DNA of 64,000 bases. Source: Selaginella moellendorffii (lineage: Eukaryota; Plantae; Lycopodiophyta). A program made the translations under genes and the position numbers. The stretch covers positions 1,058,047 to 1,122,046 of the forward strand of contig NW_003314288.1 in the NCBI RefSeq assembly GCF_000143415.4. Direction: 5' to 3'. The notes under the pieces were generated by a model. The model was not told the DNA's origin. It searched no databases and worked only from the letters and a program-made list of their open reading frames with translations. This document shows positions 26,440-39,664 of the stretch, piece by piece (the first letter of the stretch is position 1; each line of letters starts with the position of its first letter).

Positions 26440-29400
26440 AACTTACTATTAATAGAAGATTGGCCATTCTTCCTACCCTACTACTTGTTTGTTAGGTTTG
26501 TTTTGACTTTATCAGCAAAGTTTAGGTTCATGGGATAAGTTGTTTGCTTGATTGGTTAAGTTCCTAGTAGTAACTTTATATGATGTGTACATAATTCTGG
26601 TGGTATTCCCTTGAGATCTTTGTATGACTATGCAAAAATGTCCTTGTAGGTTATGAGTAATTGTTGAGCTTTTATTTTGAAGTCTTTGTCAAGACTTGCA
26701 GCAATGATTATGTTGTGTGGATCTTCTTGAGGTCTGAGATTAAGTTCTTCAGTTTCTTCATTGAGGTTAATTTGTGGTGTAAATTCATCTTTTCCAGATT
26801 GTAGGGCTGGATTATCATCAATCTGAATGTCGTATTCTTTAGATTGTAGTTGTTCAGGCTTGAGAGTTAGCTTCTCGTTTTGTTGTTTTATCTTTAATCT
26901 TTGTTGATGTTGAGCTTGTAGCTTTGTAAAGTAGAGTGCTTGGTCCATCGAGTTTAAGTTGTTGTGCTGGTCTTGATCCACTATTGGTAGTAAATGGTGT
27001 AAATCAATTAATTGAAAAGCTTGTAGCTCTAGGTAAGCTTCGAGGAGTTTGGCTTTTTTAAGGTCGTCCAAGCCTTCTTGCCAATTGTATTCTTGGGCTT
27101 GAATTGGTTGAAATCTTTTCATAATTTTCCTGGTTGTATTCGTAGGTATCTTCATTTGTCCTTTATCTAATTGTATACAAATTTCATGGTGCATCCAATA
27201 TTGAGCATAAACTGCTTTGTTTAGCCATGGTCTTTCAAGCAAGATTTTGTAAGATGATTCTTCAATTGGCATTTTTATTACCACAAAGTTGATCTTGAAC
27301 TTGTGTCCTTTGATTCCAATGGTGATATCTCTTATTATGCCAGCCACTCTTACGACATGTTGCTCTGCAATGTGGACATTGAAGGGAGCAGCTTGTATGG
27401 GTCCAAGTCCCATTGCTTTACACATACCATATTCACACCCGAGCCTCCATTGAGTATTGCTTCAATGATTTGATTCTTGCCTATGTTGAGGTTGATACAA
27501 GGTACATTATCATCATAATCTCCAGGTTGGATCTTTACTTTATCCTCTTTCTCAAATTTATATGGAAGTTGCTTTTCTTGAGTGCGAGCTTCAGGAATTC
27601 ATGGACGACAAATCTTAAGTATTTGGCTCTTAAGATATGGTGCTATTTGAAGTATTTGTTATAAGGTTAATGTGATTCCATGTTGCAGTATTTGTTTTGC
27701 AAGTGAAGTGTGCTCTTCTTGAGTGAAACTTGTTGTTTCCTGATTATGTGATTGTTTGTTATGATCTTTGATTACTTGTGGTTCTTGTTCCTGCAATTCA
27801 GTTTGAATTGCTTGAAGTATTTTCTTGCTTTTCTTCCACTCGGTATCTGGGATAATTTCAACTTCATCAGCATGATCTTGTTCTTCTAGATTATCCAGTT
27901 GCTAATACTTGTATTATTGTTTCGTGATAGCTTGTATTGCTGGTTCTTCAAAGTTTGTGATTCGTCAATTTCCACCTCAACATTCCGTGCTGCTGGTGGT
28001 CTTGGCCTTGGAGCTTGATTGTTTACTCCTTGGTTATTTTCACGATTTGCATTTTGGTAAAGTTGTCGAGGTTGATTATTTTGCTGCAGTGCAGGTCGCT
28101 GGTTGTAATTGTAACCTTGAGCCTGAGGTGGTCTTTGATTATAATCCCAATATGGTTCTTGATCATAATTGTAATTTCGTGGGGGAGGATGTTGGTAGTT
28201 GTCACGAGATCCATCATGTAGCTGATATGCATTGTAGTTTCTTCATAGTTTTCAATATGGTTGTTTGGTCTTTGATCTTGAGGGGGTATTCTATTGTAGT
28301 TGCTATTGTCTTGATGGTAAAAGTTTCCTCTTTGATTATACAAATTATCATCACGTTGATAGTAATTATTATATCTTGGAGGTTGATTTTGTGGTGGTTG
28401 TGCATTTTGATTCTAGTTTCCTTGATATCGAGGATTAGGCTCCCAACAAGGAGCATTCTTAATTCTTGAAACTTCCATTGTATTCCTGTATCGGCAATTC
28501 TTGGCTGTATGGCCTTCTCTTTGGGACCTTATCTTTCACAAATTTGACACTTTGGAAACTGAATTTTGCATTCCAAATATGTATGTCCTTCGTTTTTACA
28601 CTTTGTACACCACACTCCTTTGAGTTTGGTTTGTGAGATTTTCCTGATTATATCCTACAAGTCTTGGTCTTTTGGTGTTTTCTTCTTTGTCTTAATGCGT
28701 ATTTCTTCCTCTTCTTCATCATTTAAATTGTCATCGGTTTGTGAAGATATAGCTTTTGTGAATTGCTTGAATTGCTTTTCCAATGTGAGGATTTCTTTGG
28801 AGAGTGTATCAACACTATCATCATCTGGATTCTCTGCTACAACAACAATTGCTACCATGTTTCTATAGATTTCTTTGAGTCCTTGAATATAGGACAAGCT
28901 CTTGCCTTTATCTGTTATCAAATCCTTGCAACACTTTGCATGAAACTTAAATCTTCAATTGTAATCTTGAATTCCTTCACGTGGTTTTTGCTTGAAGTTT
29001 TTGATGATCTCATAGTGTTCTTCTAGAGTTCCACCGGTCTAGAATTGCTCTTTGAATTGTGTGACCTTTTTGTCATGGGTCAAAGCATCATTGAGTGTAT
29101 TATGCCAATCGAGTGCTTTTCCTTTAAATGTGTATGGGAAAAGTATTTCTCAATGCATTTCCTATTTGTTCATCCTTACAATTTGATTAAATTGTTTAAG
29201 ATGCTGGTTCGCATCTTCGGTTTTTCCACCAGTAAAAATGGGATACTATGGCTGTCGCTAGGTTGATAATTGCCATTTGAAGTTGTAGACTTTGTTGGTT
29301 GAGTTGTTGTTTTGGTGAGTCTGGATTTGAGTAAAACTCTAGTGCTGTGTATTTTGCTTCTTCAAATGCCTCAAACTCTGGGGTGTCTTCGATATTTAGT

Positions 29401-29440
29401 TCTTTGTTATCTTTGGCTGCTCGACTTGGCAACTTGAATT
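26440..29440 (-). mobile_element. Degraded gag-protease region of a second Ty3/gypsy lineage
   Basis: Zinc knuckle WCTKCKNEGHTYLEC; protease-like GGSGVNMV...YKILLERPWL; DIFA*SYKDLKGIPP upstream of a missing RT. Confidence 0.7.
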
Positions 29441-32400
29441 TGTTTATCTTCTTTGTCGTACTTCTCTAATATCGTTTTTAAAATTTGTTGCTATTGTTGT
29501 TCTAATTTCTCTTTTTGTATCTCTTCCTTTTTCACTTCTCAATTCTTTTGTTGAAGATCTCTTTCCCGGATCTTGATTGGGTCTGGTTTGTGTTTATACA
29601 TTCAGTTTGCTGAGTTTCTTGACTTGAATGTCAAGGTAAGTTTCCTGAATTTGTGTTTTGCCTAAGTTGTCTTGAATCAAATGTTATTCTTCATAGATTG
29701 CAAGGTCAAGCTCTTACGTCTTGAGTCTTTTGCAAATTTTGATTCTTGCATAAATGCGAAGTCAAGCTCTTGTGTCTTGAGTGCTCTGCAAGTTTGGTTT
29801 TGTCGTATAAATGCAAAGTCAAGTTAGTTTTTTTTGCTTCCTGCAACTCTGTAATGTCTCGTGTCTATCAAATGAATTCTTGATCTTGTTAGCTTCTTCC
29901 GTTAACTCATTTGTTCTGCCTTACACGATGCCTACTATTTCGTGATGGTTTATTTCCCTAATTCCGTACTTGGCAGTGTTGTTCAACTTCCCTTTGTCAT
30001 ATAGCATGTTCTCTTTCACGATCAGAGTTGATCACTTTGTGAACTTCTCAAGGTATAGTCTTAATTAATATTCTTGCATTATAAGTTTGAAATCTTGACA
30101 TAGGATCTCCTAAAATACTCCTTAAATGTTGAAATTTCCTAGACGCACTCTTCCTTGTTGGTTATGAGTGATATTTATCTCTAAGCTGGGGTTTCAATGT
30201 TGGACCTCAATGTCAAAGTTGAAGTTTGTTACTGTATTTAATCTTAGCCCATTATGATTCCATCTTAAATTTTTCCTCTCTCAATTCATAATCCTCAAGC
30301 TTTCAAGTCGTTCCCTTGAACTTCACTCAAGTTCAGGTTCTTGTTGGTTTCTTGAACTTGAATTCCCAATTCGAATTTGTTAATTGCCTTGTCCTTGATT
30401 TCTTAATTCTCCAGCTACTCTCGTCCATCCTAAATGATGCTAATATGCTAATAGTATATAGTTCGATAAGAGTGCTTGTTGGTAGCATTACACCAAGAGG
30501 ACTTTGAAGAAGTCAATAAAGTAATTCTGCATTCTCTTCAAAATCTCTAAATCTAAGAGTGTCCACAAACCAACGAACTTGTGGTTCAAAGGTTCCACAC
30601 TCTGTTATTGCTATGACTCTCCTCAAATCAGTGTTGAAAACAAGTGTTAATGGTTGAAAAGTTTCATATTTATATATGCTTAGGAATTTGATAATTGTTT
30701 GTTGAAAGACAATAGCAATACACCAAAATTAGGGTTCTTCGAATTGTAAAGAAATCAAAGTAAATATATTTTTCTTTCAACATTTCCTCATTTTTGCATT
30801 TTTCCTATTTGCTAGACAATTTGTAAAAGAGTCACAAAATTGTTGTTTAGAGTTTTAGAAAGTAACTAAAACTTTGTTTCTTTTCTTTTTCTAAACTATC
30901 GACACTCTTTTTGATGTTGTTTTCTTGGGCTATTTCTTCTCGTTTCTTTCTTTCTTCCACTGTGGCATTTTCATCCTTAATTCAAAGTCTTACTTTTTCT
31001 TGCTTGCAAGTGTCACGTTGCCATTTTGGATAGCATTACTTGTATGGTTTTGCACAATTTCTAAAACCACACAAAAGGTAGTCCTCATATCTTTCTTTGG
31101 TCGTTTCTTTGTCACAGATTTTTGGAATATTTTCTTTCTTCAACCTCTCGCCAAAAATGGTTACGCATACGCTCCAAATTTTCCACAACTTGGGTGGCTT
31201 CAATCTTCAAGTGTTCTTCATCATTTTTGGTCTTACGCTCCATTGTTTTTTTCATTTCTTCATAGTCTTAAACCATTTTTGTTTTATGGTCTTTTTTTTC
31301 TTGATTTTTGGGTCTTTTTCTTCCTATGCCATTTTCTTGTGCGTCTTTGGTCTATTTTCCTTGAAGTTTTGGGGGAGATAATTGTCTTGGTTTGCTCTAT
31401 CCCATGAGCTCTTCACGTCACCTTATCCCACCGTGATCACCAGTGAAAACTTCTGGATTTTCTAAACTGGGAGGAAAACATCCACATGAGATCTCCCTAG
31501 AAATTTTCAAATCTAATCTAGTCCCTAAATCTAAAACTACACTATGAGAATAGTGCACTTACCTGCTTGTGCCAATCCAAGTTGAGACCGTGAACACGAG
31601 CATGAAGGTGCTAGTCCCACATCTTTGATCCCTTGAAGGTGGTGGGTAAGTAAGACATTGTTATGAAGAGCCAAAGAGATAGGTAGAATGATGATGTATT
31701 GCAATGTATTTTGTATTAAAGTCCTACTTTTATAGTCATTGCTGCTCACGTCAAGGTTAGGAATATAATCCTAACCTTGAACCTCTCAAATTTGATTTCC
31801 TAAGCTTGAACTTCCAAGCTTGCCTTTTTCCTCTTTCTCTAAATGCCATAAGCACAACTCCATTTGATAAACAATTTGGCTAACCTTACTTCATGTGGCA
31901 AGTGGCTTCCAAGTAATATACAATTTCTCAACTATACTCAATTTATTTATATTTTATTGCAAGTATCTCTGATATAGAGGCATTCCTCTTGAAACACTGG
32001 TATGCAATTGACTTCTGAGGCATGGTGTGAGAGATGGAGACATGTATCTAACAACAATAAAGTTTCCAGTAGTGATAAAATGAGCTTACCCTTGGGAATT
32101 GAAAATACCAAACTATGCACCAACCTGTTGAGAGGTTGCAAGACATAACAATGAAGATGTGCTAGATAATAAAGATGGTGGCTATGAGAATGTTAATGCT
32201 GTTAGTGCCAATGCAAAGGAGAGTGAAGATGGTAGTGAGAATAACTTGCAAGAAATTCCTTCACGATAGGAGGAAGAGCAAGTGGAGCAAGAGAACCAAG
32301 ACGTGCAAAACGTTTTACCATGATGAAGGTATGCAAATCCATATTTAGAGGAACTAACTAACAGTGATGATAATTGTTTAAGACAAGCCTGTAACCGAGG

Positions 32401-32599
32401 AACTTCTTGAGGTATATTTCTCTTAATTTCTCCTATTCTTAGTTCCTCAAAATGGTTGTAACAAAAACTATTGAGAGTAACTTCATTCCAGCTCATTTTG
32501 ATGTCTGAGAAGAGGACTTGGAGGAACTTATATCTACAACATGCCACATGATAGTATGTAAATTTTACTTAATTTCACATCTTACCTTCCTCTTTTCCC

Positions 32600-33420
32600 C
32601 CTAGATTCGCCTTATTTCTCTAGTGGCATTCTGTGGTGAAATTGGAATCTTTATTAGCTCCTACAGTTCATTGATGGTAAGGATGTTAAGAATATGGCTA
32701 TTTAGCAAAAGTGGGAGCACTTTTGTCAGAAGATCCATAGGCAACCACTCAAGAGAACAAACTTCATGCTTTTTGACATGCTAGATGGTCTTCCAAACAC
32801 TAATACTGATGTCCCAAGTTGGAACATTTTGATTAAAGACCACTTGAAGGATGTATTCCTTTTGGCAGCAATTCTCCTTCACAACTGGTCAAGTTACCTT
32901 CATTCTCTTGAATGACCCTAATTGAATGTCCTACCTCATGAGCTATGCGACTCAAGTGAACTTCAATAGGTTCTCTTCTGAGTGCATCATGGATAGTGTT
33001 GGGGTTGAGACCAAAGGCATCCCAGGTGTCGCAAGCATACCAAAGAAGGTAAAAAATCATCTTGTGTTTTATGTTGTCCCTAAAAATTTTATTATTTAGG
33101 TTATGATATGGGTTTATCATGTATTATGCAGAAGAGAACATGAAGGTTTTTGTGAGAGCAAGTGTGTTGCATGGGTTTTGCCAGGGTATGGTCACTCTAT
33201 TGACATCATACCAAATCTTGTAGATAATGACATCTGCAACACATTGTCTAGGTAGCAATTCTAATCTTCATCAGTGATGCATATCCTACTTGAGCTCTAT
33301 TGCCTAACTAATAGTGTTGTCATCGATTGCATAGTAGGTAGTGGTTTGATGGTCAAGGTAGCAGATTGGTGTTTGCAATTAAAGAATATGAGTTCTTCAA
33401 ATGCTACCTTAGAGGTTTTC
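32600..33420 (+). pseudogene. Degraded beta-class (N4C/N6A) DNA methyltransferase-like relic, probably transposon cargo
   Basis: NFMLFDMLDGLPNTNTDVPSWN (~32760; position of catalytic motif IV) is followed by VMHILLELYCLTNSVVIDCIVGSGLMVKVA (33274-33365; SAM-binding D-x-x-x-GSG). Motif order is that of the beta class; stops and frameshifts present. Confidence 0.55.
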
Positions 33421-34964
33421 ACCCTTCTCTATCAATTGCTTCTAGGAGGTAATTTATGATATTTTAAAAACTTATATGCAATATATATTTAGTTTTCCTC
33501 TATATCACAAATCTCTAATACAATGAGTTTTAGAAGTCTTTCTAGGTATGCATGGCATACCATATGCAATATGAGTCTTCCCTTGAATTGAGGAGTCGTA
33601 TAAAAAAGCTATTTATCAATGATACAATAAAAGAGAGTTGAATGCATCCACTTGTGATGAGAAAAGTGTGTCACGTGTCATTATAATAATGATAGTGGCA
33701 ATGTCAAAGATAGTGATAATGATAGTGTCAGTGTCAGAGATAGTTATGATGTCAGTCTGTCAAATTTTATAATGACGAGTATGTTACCTATAATTAATAC
33801 CATTTTTTTTAATTTGGCAGAGGGAGGGATGGACATATCATAGTGTAAGAACTATAGTATAGCTTTAGTAGCTATAACTTTAGTAGGGTGGCCTAAAATT
33901 ACTATATTCAGCATTTGTGGATGTAGTATTACTAATGAAATATTATTCCTCACCATAAAGTGATAAAGCTATATGTTTTTTACTTTTTTTTATTTTCCTA
34001 CATATCTATGTATACATATATTCCACACGAGCTCTTGGGCAGTTACAACAATGTTTTAAAAAAGTTCCAAACCCATGTAGCCTTCTGTCTTATCCAAATA
34101 AAAATAGCATATAGGACACTAAAGATAATATATGCTCATTTTTTCAAGAGTTTCAGCTATATTTGGAGTAAAATTTAAAAAAAAACAATTGACATTGCTC
34201 TTGAAGCACATAAGACAATCCATCTCTAGTAGCAATATCTAAAACATTATCTAAAAGAGGGATCTCTTGTTAAGTCACACTTGAGGCCATAAAAGAAAGA
34301 GCCTTATAATGATTGTTCTATAGAGGGAAGGGTGAAATGTTTGTAGAAGTTGGAAATAGAGATGGACACTTATATAAGATATATGTGCAAGTAACAAAAA
34401 CATTCTCCCTAGCCATACTTTATACAAATTGAATTTTGAATGGTGAAAATATCCCTTGTTGGTATTTATACTAAGAAAAGCTCTAGAAGTTTTTGGAAGT
34501 CTAGATTTTCAGTCTTGAAAATGGGATTTCAAAATTATAATAGTGTCAAAACTACTTATATTATAGTTATATATAATAATGTCTTTATACATCCTAGAAT
34601 ACTTTCTTGAAAATATAAGATTTTCCACTTTACTCATAATTAACTAAACTTTTGAAGAAACTATAACTCTCATAACTTTCACATTACATTATAAGGTGGC
34701 CTAAATATCCTATATTCAACACTCAGTGATGCAATATTCACCAATGGAATATTGTTTTTCACAATGAAACTATAGTAGTTATGTGTTTTTAATTCTTTCT
34801 TTACTTTTTTATACATCCATACATGCATACCTTCCAAACCCACTCTTAGCCATTTGCAACATTGCTCAAAAAAATTTACCAAACCCACACAACCATTTAT
34901 GTTATTTAAATAAAAGTAGCATATGGGACACCGAAGATAATATGTATTTACATCAAACACTCAT

Positions 34965-34988
34965 AAGCTCTATTTTGTTAAAGTGGGA
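34965..34988 (+). repeat. Left terminal inverted repeat
   Basis: Reverse complement of 48010-48033 with one mismatch; preceded by TSD TCAT. Confidence 0.88.
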
Positions 34989-35624
34989 TTTATTCAGTAA
35001 AATGGGACTAGGTACAAATTTTCAAGTATTTGAAAATGACGTGAAATTATATGTTTTTTGTCTAGGGGCTAGACATATCTGGGGCATGGTGACTAGCGCG
35101 GTGACTTTGTGTCCAGACTGAGTCCATCTGGTTGTATAATAAATCTCATTGTCAAGGTGAACAAGCCGAATCTGAAGCTAAAGAAGAGTGATGGCATGCG
35201 CGCACACACTATTTGTTTGTTCATTGAGCGTGTGGTGAGCTTTCCAAGATGAACGTCATTCCTATTAGCCAGACATATAACTTAATGGTGAGAACATTTA
35301 GATATTATTCAATGTTATCTTTTTCTAACGAATCTAATTGTGAAGGTGTAGCAAGAGGCATTGCTAGTCTGGAGAAGTCATTTAACTCATTTGACCCTTA
35401 GTGTATTTTCATGAAACTAAATAACATTCATATTATTAAGGAATTTCTCTAGTACCTTTTTTTTACGACATAGAGGCTTGCATTTTTTTCAAAGGTGATT
35501 TAGTAAAAGGCCTAAGGGCACATGCCATTCTATTTCTCAGACCGGTATTAAGATATACTAGTGCAAAGGGAAAAAGGTATTTGGTGATCAAGTAAATGGC
35601 ATGAGGGCACACGCCATTATAAGC

Positions 35625-35882
35625 CTAAGCGCTAGTGGACACCTCCTTTTTGGTACTCTCAGCGGTACTATCATCCTTCTCCGGGTCAGTTGTTTTGCTT
35701 TGGATTGTTGTCTCTGACGTTACTGGGGCGTTCTCGATAGTTGTTAATGTTGCCGTTTGTTCAGAAAACTGATCACCTGGAGTATAGTACGGGGAGTTTG
35801 GAAAACTTATATATTCTACATCTTCACCTATCTCCTTCTCCATCTCCTTTTCTGCCTCACTTACAGATTTTGTGCTTGCCAT
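35625..35882 (-). CDS. Small acidic Ser/Thr-rich orphan ORF (or terminal exon) inside the transposon
   Basis: MASTKSVSEAEKEMEKEIGEDVEYISFPNSPYYTPG...; GC-richer than its flanks; no recognisable domain. Confidence 0.3.
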   Translation of the reverse strand: MASTKSVSEAEKEMEKEIGEDVEYISFPNSPYYTPGDQFSEQTATLTTIENAPVTSETTIQSKTTDPEKDDSTAESTKKEVSTSA

Positions 35883-36595
35883 GAGAACGCTCTTCACCCT
35901 AAAATATGGAGTTCGTTGTGTTATAAAAGGAAACCAACACACACGCTGCAAGGGAATGATGGTACATAAAGCACGTAAGCCCACAATATGGGTTTATGTG
36001 CCATTAATATGGGCCACATGCCATATTATTAGATTTATGCACATGTGATTGGTAAATGCATATGTCACATCATCTTTGTTTTACCTCACACACTATATCA
36101 GGCCTAATGAACCATATCACATGTGCGCACATGCTATATATATGGAGAAGTATTATGCAAGGATAGAAAAATTCAATGCATGATTGTGGAGAGCAATGGC
36201 ATGAAGCCACATGCTAAATAACATTTTAGAGAAAGAATTAAAATAGAAACATGCAAACAGTACTGAGTGGACCAAGACTTAGAAGTGCACAATTGAATGA
36301 GGTATTTCTAATAAATATTTCACTCACCTCATATAGGAATGGCTACCACTCTCAAATGGCGTATCGCCTCATGCCATCACCTCGCAATTTGTTATAACAA
36401 TCCGATGAATTCATATTCGGCTTGTTCACCTTGAACTTTAAGTAAGATTTGCTAGAACAACTAAGAATTTATACTTGTTATTTGTATCATCTCACCTAGG
36501 AATGGCGTAAGGCCACATGCCATCACGCCTCCTCTGATTCAAATTTGGATTGTTCACCTTGAAATAAAATACATTAGAAACTTAGTAAAGGAATA

Positions 36596-39500
36596 TTAAT
36601 GAATCTCACCTTGAACCCGGGTTATGAATGCTCTTGCTACATCTCTTGCATGGTCTGGCAAGGTGATGGTGGCACTCTGCTTCTGCATCCAACCATGCAC
36701 AACATTATCCACCGATATGCTCATGCTGGGATCCCTTGGATTCAGCACCCATCTCTTTTCTAGGCAATCCTTCGTATATCTGGAACTTGGCTTGAACCAC
36801 TCCACAGTTACATTGAAGGAGTTAGTTTCCGCGTCCTCCTCTGCATCAGTGATGCAGCACCCCACCCATATCATTTGTTTTTTATTACTGGGTCTGACAA
36901 GCACGACCATTCCTTTGCAGACCTGTACTGGATTGAATGCTAAATCCGGCTTCTTGTTCCTCGGCCCACAATAGTGATCCTCAACATCGTTATTTGTCAC
37001 TGCATTTCCAGAGGACATTGTTCCGCTACTATTTGGTGCTTTGGGTTCTGGCCAAAAGGACTCTTCCAATTCTTCATATACAACTGGCCCATTTTGGATA
37101 GCAGATATAATCTTCTCCCAGTATTCGAGCAAAGGCTTGCACCTCTTAAAATAGGATTCTCCACCAAACACCAAGCCCCTCTTCCAGAAGGCAATATGCT
37201 GTCTAATCCCGGCCACTATACTTTCCTGGTCTTTGAGTCCATCCGGGTGCATCGGCCGTGGGGAACCCTGAGGAATCATAGGTTCCCCAGTTATGGGATC
37301 TCTCTTGAAGAGTTCAATGCCGTCCACTGGCAGCCACACTGTGTCCCATTCTCTCATCTTGTACCTCATCACTGGAGCACCGTCACGCATGCTGAAATGA
37401 AATTGAAGAGGCTTGGAGTGGCCAATCAGCGTTTCGGATCCGTCCCTGATGTAGCCTTTTACAAACCCCTTAAAGTTTGGAACCTCTGTCACAAGTGCAG
37501 CTTCAACAGTGCCTTTGATGCAATTTTGGAATTCATCGTAGAGTTGTGGGAGGGTGAGGACATTGGATCGCCGGAGGGACTCTGCCAGGTGATTGAACAT
37601 GGCATCGACGTCTTCATGAGTGTGCCCAACCATGAGAAAGCCAAGTGTAACCATTTCAAATATGCCTTTGGCAACAAGCATCGCCAAGTATGCGAAGACG
37701 TACATGTTTTTGTTCTCACTGCCAGCATTGTCTGTTTGGAGCAGAAGATGGGGTGGAAGGCCACATCAGCCGCAAGAACTTCTTTGAGATTTTGCTTCGT
37801 CTGGATGAGGCTGTGCATTCACCGGGCGACCAACCTCGTCGGAATGGCATGAGGCCTCACGTGATAACCCTACAATCTGACGGCCAACATATTCACTGGG
37901 ATGGCATGGGGCCCCACGCGATACTGCAAGCCTTTGCTCCTCCTCCAGCTGAACCCTGTATGGGGTTCGATCGACAAGGGCCTTATGCAAGGGTTGGCCA
38001 TTCAGCTCAGTCTGTGCACTTTGCAGAGACCTTAAGTGTTTTGCTAGGGACGCAATCATCATGTTTGCACCCCTGCCACCCCATAGAGGTACAAAGAAGT
38101 TCCCATAGTTCTGGGCACCATGCCCATGAGTGATTATGCCAAACAGAGACACAGGCAACTGCATGGATGAAGAGATTCCCTTGGGGGCAGGATTGAGTCG
38201 AGGTAAGCATGTCTTTTTCTGGTCCATTTTGTCGTGGATGATGCAGAGGTAAGAGTCAGGTCTCTCCATGGAGAGAATCCTGTTATGATAATATGCAGTC
38301 CTGCAGCTTCTCTGCTCGATGTTGTGGTCGAGCCGCCTTCTAACCAACGTCTCTCGCTCTTGAGCGCTGCAAGAATTCTTCGACAAAGCCATTTTGATAG
38401 CAGTGCACTCGTCACACTTTGAAAAGCTGGAGTACTTTCCTATACTCACATCCCTGAACCTGTTGCTCCACAATCTACTAAATCTAGATTGGCTCAGCTT
38501 CCTGTAGCCATTACTCTGGAGTTCCCGATTCACATCTTCCAATATGGCCCCCTTGGTATACATGGAAGGGAGAACTCGTTGGGTGTCTCGTGTTCCATCT
38601 TCCAAGAGGCAGGTTTTATGTGGTTGCTGCTCGCTACATGTCTCGACAAACCTCTTGAAGATTGCCTCTCCATATACAACATGACCCCTGGTTTTGTGAG
38701 TACCGTCGTTCCCATGGACTGCCTGTTGAACCCTTTGTTCCTCGAACTCAGTTTTGATTCTGTAGAATGTGCTTCGAGGGACTCCATAAATGATTTTCCA
38801 TGCCTTCATGCAGACCAAACCCTTCTGGAAGACCATGCCCCCCACCTGATGTTCTGAAGTATCAACAGATGACCGTAATGCCTCATACACAAAATTGCGA
38901 GCTGCCTTCCAGGACAATGTCTTGTATCTTGCTCTCTCCTCTTCAATAGCATCCCAATCATCATGTTGACAGCACCTCCTCTTGCAACAAGCAACTGTCA
39001 AGACCATTCGAACCTCCATCGCCATTTTCTGCCTTTTCGGTTCGTTGCTCAGATCCCTTTGGCTACGCTTTAGGAAGGTGTACTTTCTTTTCCCATGAAG
39101 AGATGTTCTGTCATCAGTTGTAGTGGTGTTTGATTGTGAATCCTTCACATTCTCAAACACTAAGTGCCTCAATTTCCACCGCACAATGCTTCCAATAGTC
39201 AGACTGTTTTCTTCTGTGTCAACAACCTCTAAAATCGCGACTCCAATATCATCCCAGCCCAATTCTTGATTAGCAACTGCATCTCTTGGATCGACAACTG
39301 TGGCTAAGCCCTCAGCTACCACCTCCCCCTCGGGGTTGTTTAGAAACACCTTTGCCTGAATCCATGTAGCACGGTTCTTAAGATCCACGGAGGGAACATG
39401 CGTCACACTTGCGCTGTCCCCAACATCTGCTTTCTTCTGAAGATTTTTCAAGGCAACAACAACATTTACCCCGACGACCATCTCTCCTCGTTCAATAGCG

Positions 39501-39664
39501 ACCATATTCCCATCGAAGACAGTCTCTATTGATACAGCAGCATTGCCTTCCCCAAGCCTTTGACAATATATAACAAAGTTCCGATCCATAGACACAAGGG
39601 TCCCTTTTGCAACTCTCTTCCCACCATTCAAAATGTAAACCTTTTCCCCAACCCTGAAGGCCAT
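36596..39664 (-). pseudogene. Sola-like DDE transposase (~1020 codons) interrupted by a single in-frame TGA at 37766-37768
   Basis: ORFs 37766-39664 and 36596-37705 are in frame (SSCG*CGLPPHLLLQTDNAGSENKNMYVF). Motifs: CCKRRCC, FSKCDEC, CIIHDKMDQKK, QTDNAGSENKN, FLMVGHTHEDVDAMF. Two N-terminal VAKGT/VAEG SH3-like repeats and a C-terminal beta-rich domain. Confidence 0.82.

Noticed and set aside
37766-37768. Programmed readthrough or RNA editing of in-frame stops (also 42766, 45791, 61658, 61754)
   Set aside because: Single substitutions, mostly C-to-T decay of CGA/CAA/CAG typical of methylated transposons, explain them, and frameshifts co-occur in the cargo gene.
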